Below are positions 57,289 through 64,000 of a stretch of DNA of 64,000 nucleotides, in pieces (the first letter of the stretch is position 1; every line of letters begins with the position of its first letter). The DNA is from Candidatus Bathyarchaeota archaeon (GTDB taxonomy: Archaea > Thermoproteota > Bathyarchaeia > Bathyarchaeales > Bathycorpusculaceae), in NCBI GenBank assembly GCA_963715865.1, contig OY970280.1, forward strand, positions 320,001-384,000, written 5' to 3'. Both the position numbers and the translations under genes were made by a program. Under the pieces are notes generated by a model, which saw only the letters and a list, made by a program, of their open reading frames with translations, was not told where the DNA came from and searched no databases.

Positions 57289-58626
57289 TTGTTAAAGTTA
57301 AAAGGAAAAGTTTTCCGCGTCTCAATCATCTTAGGTTTACTTGTTGCAGTGCTGTTTTTGCTTGTCTTAAGCAGTTTCTTCGGTTCTTCTGCAGCTGCAT
57401 CCACCCAACCAGTAGCATCTGGAAATGCCGTTGTCATAGCGGATTTTAGCGTTCCGGTAGATCCTGGTTCAGCCGCTTTTATGTCTCGTGTCGTCGCCAC
57501 CGCCAAAAGCGAAAATGCAGCTGCAATAGTTATCCAGATGAATACGCCTGGCGGGAGCCTCGGCGACATGCTCTCCATCGTATCCTCCATCACGGCGGCG
57601 AATCAATCAGGCATTCCAACATACACTTTTATCGTGACCAACGGCTTAGGCGCTTCCGCTGGCAGCTACATAGCCATGGCAACAAACAGGATTCTTATGG
57701 CGCCAGGCTCAGAAATTGGTCCAAGCACACCCATCGTGGTGGGCGGCACAGAGCTGGAGCAGAATCATACTCAAGCTGCTATGCTGGATTATCTCACGAG
57801 CCTTGCGGAGAATTGGGGCCGCAACACCACTGCAGTTTTCTACATGGTTCAGTCTGATCAGGCGTTTTCAGCCAATGAGGCAGTGGCGGTTCACGTTGCC
57901 GATGGCACAGCAAACTCGCTATCCGACGCGCTTAACCAACTGGGTTTGTCTGGAAACCCTCAGGTGTCTCTGAGTGAAGACCTCTACGAGCAAATAATCA
58001 GCGCCTTAAGCAACGCCATACTCGATGGCATTCTCTTCCTCGTGGGAATCATCGCAGTTGTGCTGGATGTTTACCACCCAACCATCTTGCTGACCATTTT
58101 AGGTGTTATCGCTATTGTCGCGGGCTTAGTTGGAGCAGAGATAATTGGTGCCTCGCTGCTCGGCATCGTCATACTTGTCGTGGCTGCGGCACTGATTGTC
58201 GCGGAGTTGAAGCTGGGACACGGGTTCGCGCTCATGGCAGGAGTAGTGCTTGGCGCCTTTGGCATTTACTATCTTTCGTTAGGGTTGCAGTATTCGCCTT
58301 CGCCGATAACGGAGCTGGCGGAAATTGAGCTTAGCTTGCTTGTAGTGTTTGGAGTAATCATCGGCTTGTACATCAGGTGGGTGATCGGACCAATCAGGCG
58401 GCGCTCGAAGCTCACGGGGTCCGAAGCCATGATAGGCAAAACAGGCATAGCTATTACTGACCTCAAACCTAAAGGAGAAGTCAGGGTAATGGGGGAAATC
58501 TGGCGCGCTGAATCGCTATCTGGAGACATCGAAAAAGGCGAGCAAGTCAGCGTTAAGGCTTTGAACGGTCTGGTTGTAATGGTTGAAAAAGTTCAAGAAC
58601 AAGCCAAAAAACCATCAGTGAATTAG
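57289..58626 (+). CDS. nfeD: NfeD-family membrane protein (ClpP-like domain, TM bundle, OB fold)
   Basis: MNTPGG, GASAG, GPSTP, TDLKPKGEVRVMGEIWRAES. Confidence 0.88.
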   Translation: MLKLKGKVFRVSIILGLLVAVLFLLVLSSFFGSSAAASTQPVASGNAVVIADFSVPVDPGSAAFMSRVVATAKSENAAAIVIQMNTPGGSLGDMLSIVSSITAANQSGIPTYTFIVTNGLGASAGSYIAMATNRILMAPGSEIGPSTPIVVGGTELEQNHTQAAMLDYLTSLAENWGRNTTAVFYMVQSDQAFSANEAVAVHVADGTANSLSDALNQLGLSGNPQVSLSEDLYEQIISALSNAILDGILFLVGIIAVVLDVYHPTILLTILGVIAIVAGLVGAEIIGASLLGIVILVVAAALIVAELKLGHGFALMAGVVLGAFGIYYLSLGLQYSPSPITELAEIELSLLVVFGVIIGLYIRWVIGPIRRRSKLTGSEAMIGKTGIAITDLKPKGEVRVMGEIWRAESLSGDIEKGEQVSVKALNGLVVMVEKVQEQAKKPSVN

Positions 58627-58649
58627 GATTCATTTACTCCTGAACAAAG

Positions 58650-58722
58650 TAGCCCGGGAGAGATTCGAACTCTCGTCGGCGGGTCCAAAGCCCGCTATGC
58701 TTGACCACTACACCACCGGGCT
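58650..58722 (-). tRNA. tRNA-Gln(TTG)
   Basis: AGCCCGG/CCGGGCT acceptor with A1-U72; GCGGG-CT-TTG-GA-CCCGC; GTTCGAATC. Confidence 0.96.
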
Positions 58723-59002
58723 TCAAGGCTGACGCTAGAGTTTTAGGACATTTCTTATCCTAATAAGCGTTCTTCATGCAAGGTTGACGTTGGCATACTT
58801 GTTTTTTCTGTTGACATTTTTTTACGTTATTTTCCATTAGCAAAATTACTCTATGCTTATAATTCTAAGGTTATATGTGCAATAGCTTTATTAAAACCAC
58901 AAAGCTTAAATAGTAGTAACGTTCCTTCGTTTAGTTTGCGCGGGCCGAATGTACTATTTTCTAGCCAGATTGGCATATAGTGACGGTTCTACGCATGTTG
59001 AA

Positions 59003-59956
59003 ATGGAGCAGGAAAAATTGAGCAAAAAAGAAACTAAAACACAAACGCGCTTGGCAGACAAGTGCGCAGAGTGCGGTAGCGAAAACCTAGTTCACGATTA
59101 CGACACTGGAGAAACCGTATGCGGCGACTGCGGGCTGGTCCTGTACGAGCAAATGATGGATAAAGGACCAGAATGGCGCGCATTTACCCAAGAGGAAAAA
59201 GCGTCAAGAAGCCGCGTTGGAGTTCCCACATCTTATTCTGTTCATGACAAAGGCTTATCCACAGCCATTAGCCAAGTGGATCGAGATGCCTTTGGAAGGA
59301 AACTGCCATTGGCCACAAGGCTGCAAATGTGGCGTTTGCGGAAATGGCAAATACGGAGCAGAGTGCACTCATCCATTGACCGAAATCTTGCTCAAGCCAT
59401 GGCAGAACTCGATCGTCTTTCAGATAAAGTCTACATTCCACCACCAATCAAGGAGAAAGCCGCTGTCGTTTACCGTAAAGCCTTAGACAAAGGCTTGGTT
59501 CGCGGAAGGTCAATTGCCGCTATCGCTGCTGCTGCGCTTTATGCTGCTTGCCGTGGAAGCGGAACACCACGTACATTGCGGGAAATTGCTGAAGCCAGTC
59601 TTGTCGATAAGAAAGATGTCGCACGATGCTACAGGCTACTGTTACGTGAGCTTGAAGTTCACATGCCTATCGCTGACCCGTTGACTTACGTGTCTAAAAT
59701 CGCGGAAAAAACTGGGATTTCAGGAAAAACTCAGGGTGCAGCCATCCAAATTCTCAGAGACGCAAGACGCAAACGTGCTGCCGCTGGAAAAGATCCGATG
59801 GGTTTAGCTGCCGCTGCCCTCTACATTGCTTGTTTGCAGAACAACGAGAAAAAAACACAGAAAGACATCGCTGAAGCTGCAGGCGTAACAGAAGTAACTG
59901 TACGCAATCGCTACAAAACGCTTAAGAAACAATTAAATCTTGAGTTGCCAGATTAG
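59003..59956 (+). CDS. tfb: Transcription initiation factor IIB
   Basis: Zn ribbon CAEC..CGDC, GPEWRAF, two cyclin repeats, TEVTVRNRYK. Confidence 0.97.
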   Translation: MEQEKLSKKETKTQTRLADKCAECGSENLVHDYDTGETVCGDCGLVLYEQMMDKGPEWRAFTQEEKASRSRVGVPTSYSVHDKGLSTAISQVDRDAFGRKLPLATRLQMWRLRKWQIRSRVHSSIDRNLAQAMAELDRLSDKVYIPPPIKEKAAVVYRKALDKGLVRGRSIAAIAAAALYAACRGSGTPRTLREIAEASLVDKKDVARCYRLLLRELEVHMPIADPLTYVSKIAEKTGISGKTQGAAIQILRDARRKRAAAGKDPMGLAAAALYIACLQNNEKKTQKDIAEAAGVTEVTVRNRYKTLKKQLNLELPD

Positions 59957-59969
59957 GGCATTTTTTTAA

Positions 59970-60188
59970 TCAAGCATCAGTTTCTTCTTTTTCTTTTTCA
60001 AGTTCCATAACTATGGTTCCAACGTAACCGCAGTCTTCACAATAGTATTGTTTAGGCGTTAACCCAATAGCTAGACTACTTGTTAGGTGTATTTTTGGGC
60101 TACAACATCTTGGACAGTAAATCTGCGTTGGTTTTCGATGTTTGACTGCTTTGAATACTTCGCGAATATCGTCTAGTTTTTTCATCAA
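59970..60188 (-). CDS. Small zinc-ribbon protein
   Basis: CPRC...CEDCGY. Confidence 0.7.
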   Translation of the reverse strand: MMKKLDDIREVFKAVKHRKPTQIYCPRCCSPKIHLTSSLAIGLTPKQYYCEDCGYVGTIVMELEKEKEETDA

Positions 60189-60215
60189 GTTGCGCCTTTG
60201 CCTTTTGACTTGCGT

Positions 60216-60524
60216 TTATTGTAATTCGATGTTTTCTGCCGGATAACCTATTTTGACTAAGAATTCGCGTACTCTGTCTCGGTGATCTCCCTGCAGCATA
60301 ATTTGACCGTTTTTGCTGGTTCCACCGCATGCGCAATAGGTTTTCAGTTTTTGTGCAATGCTAGGTAAGTTCGAGTTTTTATCGTCCATACCGTCGACAA
60401 TGGTGGTTGGTCTGCCAAATTTTCTTGTTTCAAGTCTAATGCGAATTCTCTGTTGCTCTTTTTCTATTTCGCCACAAACGCATAAGTCCTTTGGAAGCCC
60501 GCATGTTGAACAAACTTCAGCCAT
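60216..60524 (-). CDS. sui1: Translation initiation factor aIF1/SUI1
   Basis: CSTCGLPKDLCVC, LKTYCACGGT, MLQGDHR; start set at ATG 60524. Confidence 0.95.
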   Translation of the reverse strand: MAEVCSTCGLPKDLCVCGEIEKEQQRIRIRLETRKFGRPTTIVDGMDDKNSNLPSIAQKLKTYCACGGTSKNGQIMLQGDHRDRVREFLVKIGYPAENIELQ

Positions 60525-60798
60525 GACACTCAACAGTAAATTAGCATCTGCAATATATAAAAGTTTCAAATCCAGAATAAGTATTTCTTTTCATTCCATT
60601 GATTGAGGTTCGTTTGATTGCACTTTTTGTTCTGTGCTTGGAAAATTCTGTAGTCTTACCTCTTTTTTGAAGGATGAATTATTAGGCAGGTTAGTTGTAA
60701 CTGCTCATGGAAACCTTCGAAGGCAGCTGGCACTATGCCCAAAAATGGTAGGCTTTTATCTTTTTTAAGCCGCTACTCCCTACTTGTTTCTTATAAGT

Positions 60799-61344
60799 TC
60801 AAGTGTTAATTGTTGCGATTCGTTTTGCTAATTCAGCGATTTGTTTTTGGAACTTTGCTCTCATTTTACCAAAGCGCATAGCTGCTGAAGGATGAATAAC
60901 TTCAATGTACTCTATGCCTTCTAAGCGTGGAGTTTCTTTTGCGGTTGCGCCTAACAGCACGATTATTTTTGGTTTAATGACGTTGATTTGCGTGGTCAAG
61001 TAGGGTACGCATGCCGCTATTTCGTCAGCGAAGGGTTTTCTGTTCTGCGGAGAAGTGTGCTTTACGATGTTGGTTATGAAGAGTTCTTCGCGTTTTATGC
61101 CATTTTCAGCGAGCACTTTGGTTAAGAATTTTCCTGCTCTACCAACAAAAGGCCTGCCAGTTTCATCTTCTTGTTCTCCTGGGTTCTGTCCTACCATCAT
61201 GACCTTGGAGTTTAGTGGTCCTTCGCCTGGTACACCGTGTTTTGCTCCTTGCCAGAGCTTGCATTTTCTGCAACCGTAGATTTGATAGTTTAATTCTTCA
61301 AGCGACATTGGTTTTAGCCTTTGTTGTTGGGTAATGACAGCCAC
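60799..61344 (-). CDS. udg: Family 4 uracil-DNA glycosylase
   Basis: CRKCKL, GEG, VGQNPG, PFVGRAG, HPSA. Confidence 0.88.
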   Translation of the reverse strand: MAVITQQQRLKPMSLEELNYQIYGCRKCKLWQGAKHGVPGEGPLNSKVMMVGQNPGEQEDETGRPFVGRAGKFLTKVLAENGIKREELFITNIVKHTSPQNRKPFADEIAACVPYLTTQINVIKPKIIVLLGATAKETPRLEGIEYIEVIHPSAAMRFGKMRAKFQKQIAELAKRIATINT

Positions 61345-61443
61345 ACAACCTTAAAGAAACACGCATTATTAATTAATTAAGCTCTTGTTAACGCTGAACA
61401 GGAGCGAGGAAGATTTGTCAAATTCTTATGTGAAGGATGAAAA

Positions 61444-61746
61444 ATGACTCAGGAAGAATCGGCATCTGGCTCACTCATCGGGAGTGCTATTCGTGTTCTT
61501 TTACGAGTTGCTTTTGCTTTTGAACCTTTGGCGCCCACCGCCATTACGGTATTGATGAATCAACAACTGCATAGGTTCAAGGAAGCGGGCGCAATCGGGA
61601 ATTATAAAACTAGAACTAAACGATTGGGAAAGTTCCATTACCGCATCGAAATCAATTCGGATTTGACTGGCATGCAGGCGATTCATCTTATCGGTAACTT
61701 ATTCCCAAGCCAATTTAAACGGTTCAGGAGGTGGTTCCATGACTGA
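61444..61746 (+). CDS. Hypothetical protein
   Basis: Clean ORF overlapping the next start, with RBS GGAGGTG at its end. Confidence 0.6.
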   Translation: MTQEESASGSLIGSAIRVLLRVAFAFEPLAPTAITVLMNQQLHRFKEAGAIGNYKTRTKRLGKFHYRIEINSDLTGMQAIHLIGNLFPSQFKRFRRWFHD

Positions 61747-61894
61747 AATGGCAGAAAAGAAAGGCAAATTGAAGATAACAATAGAGGTTGAAGTAAACGA
61801 GGAGCTAATAGATTTAGCTAAAGATGCGATGTCTAAGATGCCTATGAGGATGCAGGAAATGTGGAAGGGACACGGCGGAGAAAAGAAAGAATAA
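61739..61894 (+). CDS. 51-aa hypothetical protein MTEMAEKKGKLKITIEVEVNEELIDLAKDAMSKMPMRMQEMWKGHGGEKKE
   Basis: GGAGGTG RBS, translationally coupled to 61444..61746; below ORF-track cutoff. Confidence 0.65.
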   Translation: MTEMAEKKGKLKITIEVEVNEELIDLAKDAMSKMPMRMQEMWKGHGGEKKE

Positions 61895-61993
61895 GCGCTT
61901 CAATCGAATGCGATGTCGAGTTTTTTCTTAATTTTTTGAAATATCATTTTTTTCTTTCAAAGAAAGATTTTATACCCAAAGCACGCACTCTTC

Positions 61994-62302
61994 TTGATGA
62001 TAACTATGAAGTTTTTAATCGTTCAAAAAGTTAAACGCGATGTTCCCATAGAAAAATGGGCTAAACTGCTTCCGTTGCAATTCAAATACTTTGACAAGTT
62101 GGAGAAAGAGAAGACGCTTGAAGTTTATTACCACCTTATTGGACAGCAGGGCAGCATGCTAATTGTGAACGTTGATTCAGACGAGAAACTCTCAAAAATC
62201 ATAGGTCAAGACCCCTTGTTTTTTGAATGCGACCGCGAAATCTACCCGCTAACGACTCGGCAGACGCATGAGAAACAAATCCGAGAACTCCTCCAGCCAT
62301 AA
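61994..62302 (+). CDS. Muconolactone isomerase-like protein
   Basis: KFLIV...YHLIGQQGSMLIVNVDSDEKL...DPLF..IYPL. Confidence 0.65.
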   Translation: MMITMKFLIVQKVKRDVPIEKWAKLLPLQFKYFDKLEKEKTLEVYYHLIGQQGSMLIVNVDSDEKLSKIIGQDPLFFECDREIYPLTTRQTHEKQIRELLQP

Positions 62303-62323
62303 CCATAAACAGGTTTTCAATGC

Positions 62324-62884
62324 ATGGGTTGCCATGGCGGTTTCGCCCTCGATGAAGCAACTAGGCGCGTCTGGTACAATCCAGAGGCTATACTGCAAGA
62401 CTTACGGTCTGGCATGATATTCGCTGATATAGGTTGCGGCGACGGCTTCTTCAGCATTTTAGCAGGAAAAAAAGTAGGCGAAAAAGGAAAAGTTTACGCC
62501 GTGGACATAGACGCTTCAGCAATTGAAAGGCTCAAGCATAAAGCCAAAGCTGAAAGCTTGAAAAACATCACTGCTAAGGTTGGCGCGGCTGAGGAAACTG
62601 TTTTCTGCAGCAAATGCGCTGATTTTGTCTTCTATAGCATGGTGCTGCACGATTTCGCTGACCCAGCAGAAGTGCTGCAAAACGCCAAACAAATGCTAAA
62701 GTCCAATGGTCGGCTGGTTGATTTGGACTGGAAAAAACAAGAAATGCCTTTTGGTCCGCCAGTCAAGATAAGGTTTAGCGAAGAGCAAGCATCAAATTTA
62801 ATCCGAAATGCAGGCTTTCAGGTTGACAGCGTCAAAGACACTGGAAGCTACCATTACATTGTGATTGCAAAACCTTCGCCTTAG
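62324..62884 (+). CDS. Class I SAM-dependent methyltransferase
   Basis: ADIGCGDG, YAVDI, VLHD, LDWKK...FGPP. Confidence 0.88.
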   Translation: MGCHGGFALDEATRRVWYNPEAILQDLRSGMIFADIGCGDGFFSILAGKKVGEKGKVYAVDIDASAIERLKHKAKAESLKNITAKVGAAEETVFCSKCADFVFYSMVLHDFADPAEVLQNAKQMLKSNGRLVDLDWKKQEMPFGPPVKIRFSEEQASNLIRNAGFQVDSVKDTGSYHYIVIAKPSP

Positions 62885-62889
62885 TAAAA

Positions 62890-63495
62890 TCAGGTTTGCT
62901 CTGCGATGGCGTAAAGTTCTAGCAAGTCTCGCTTGAACAGTTCAGGCTGATCTTTATACGCTGAATGTGCTGCGCCATTGTAGACTAGGAGTTTAGCGTT
63001 GGGCAGTTTGCCTGCTAGGGTTCTCATTTCTTCCCCTGATATGAAGTTGTCTTGTGAACCCCAAATTATCCTAACTGGAAAATTAAACTTGCCAAAAGAC
63101 TGCAATAAATCTTCTTCCAGTGCTCTGGCAGGCGCAATCAAAAGCAAACCCTTAACAGGAAACCTTGCCGCATACCTCAATGCAATGTGACCGCCTATGC
63201 TAGCGCCGACAAGAACAGGCACCGCTGAACCGAACACGTTGCGGACTGCCTCCGCCGCAACCGCCAAGTTAGCTTCGGCATTTCGTGTTTTAGGTTGGCA
63301 CCTGCTTCTCAAACCGTAAGGCATGTCTAAAGCTAAAAACGGCACACGCTTCTCAATTAACAATTCCGTTATGCCAATGCGTTGCCAAACATCTATTGTA
63401 TACGATAAGCCGTGCAGGAAAACAATTGGAATGCCAGGCGCAGTGTAGTATAAGGCTTGGCATTTATGGCCAGCGGCGTTTAATGTTTTTTCCAT
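62890..63495 (-). CDS. Alpha/beta hydrolase
   Basis: FLHG, GASIGG nucleophile, WGSQD, GAAH; start set at ATG 63495. Confidence 0.88.
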   Translation of the reverse strand: MEKTLNAAGHKCQALYYTAPGIPIVFLHGLSYTIDVWQRIGITELLIEKRVPFLALDMPYGLRSRCQPKTRNAEANLAVAAEAVRNVFGSAVPVLVGASIGGHIALRYAARFPVKGLLLIAPARALEEDLLQSFGKFNFPVRIIWGSQDNFISGEEMRTLAGKLPNAKLLVYNGAAHSAYKDQPELFKRDLLELYAIAEQT

Positions 63496-63532
63496 AGATT
63501 TTAGTAAGGTTTCGTTTCTTATAACATTTAAT

Positions 63533-63785
63533 TGCGCGCTGGCTTGTCCCTTTATTATGTGTTGAAGTAGGGTGTTGAGACGGCTTTGTCTGGTCGTCTG
63601 ATGTTTTCTGCTGCTTCTCTGTCCAGAACCAGACACAACAAACTGTAAAGTGCGTAGGAAGCGATGTTTGTTACGCCTCTAACCTTGTTTATGGCCAAAC
63701 TGTACTGCGTCTTCAAGAAACTGTAAACCGCTTCAATACGCGGCAGGTCCAGACGCAAGTTATAGTGGCCATCACCTACCGATTA
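63533..63785 (-). mobile_element. IS remnant: transposase C-terminus plus terminal repeat
   Basis: PRIEAVYSFLKTQY...KVRG fragment ending at 63555; 19-bp end at 63533-63551. Confidence 0.75.
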
Positions 63786-63925
63786 TTGTTTGCAACTATT
63801 TCATGTTTACCGTAACCAATTACAAGCGAAGAATAACTTGTACACCAGCGGTTGATAAATTTTGGGGGTCTGACATGTTTTTGTTTAAGGTCAAGATGAG
63901 TTGACAAAATTTTCGATACTTATGC

Positions 63926-64000
63926 TCATACGCTTGCTCGTTTTAGCATAGCTAAGCAGCCCAAAATAAATGCCGTCCCAAAGCCTGAGAGAGCTAACAA
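63926..64000 (-). CDS. C-terminal end of a membrane protein (truncated by window end)
   Basis: LLALSGFGTAFILGCLAMLKRASV* hydrophobic tail. Confidence 0.45.
   Translation of the reverse strand: MLALSGFGTAFILGCLAMLKRASV

Noticed and set aside
63496-63636. N-terminal extension of the alpha/beta hydrolase
   Set aside because: It reads through the IS end and transposase remnant; hydrolase homology starts at ATG 63495.

Overview
Archaeal genomic window. Evidence: TFB, aIF1/SUI1, an archaeal tRNA with a bulge-helix-bulge-type intron, TATA promoters and GGAGGTG ribosome-binding sites. The gene content resembles Bathyarchaeia, which is an inference and was not searched. Core content: a two-component pair, an AF0577-like radical SAM enzyme, a prenyl synthase and reductase, ltaE, an opp ABC cluster, kdpABC amid four Lrp/AsnC genes, nrdR-nrdD-nrdG, a 2-oxoacid:ferredoxin oxidoreductase, a tandem ferritin-like protein, NfeD, tfb, sui1, udg and three tRNAs (Leu-CAG with intron, His-GTG, Gln-TTG). 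Two accessory regions stand out. (1) 44.1-53.5 kb: a three-gene operon (wHTH plus Ig scaffold, TRAFAC-type GTPase, GAP1-N2/DENN-like protein) sits beside three receptor-like membrane proteins. These have unrelated sensor parts but share one cytoplasmic PCI/UFL1-like winged-helix module. This is the best candidate for an undescribed signalling or conflict system. (2) 18.2-20.3 kb: a 2-kb cassette (LAGLIDADG-wHTH plus SIR2-like gene) lies between an intron-containing tRNA-Leu and an intron-less copy of that tRNA's 5' half. Also seen: a 15-bp operator at fixed spacing from three TATA boxes around kdp, tandem NrdR-like boxes, unannotated small proteins, and IS remnants sharing a 19-bp terminal repeat. 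All family assignments are by eye from motifs, not database searches.
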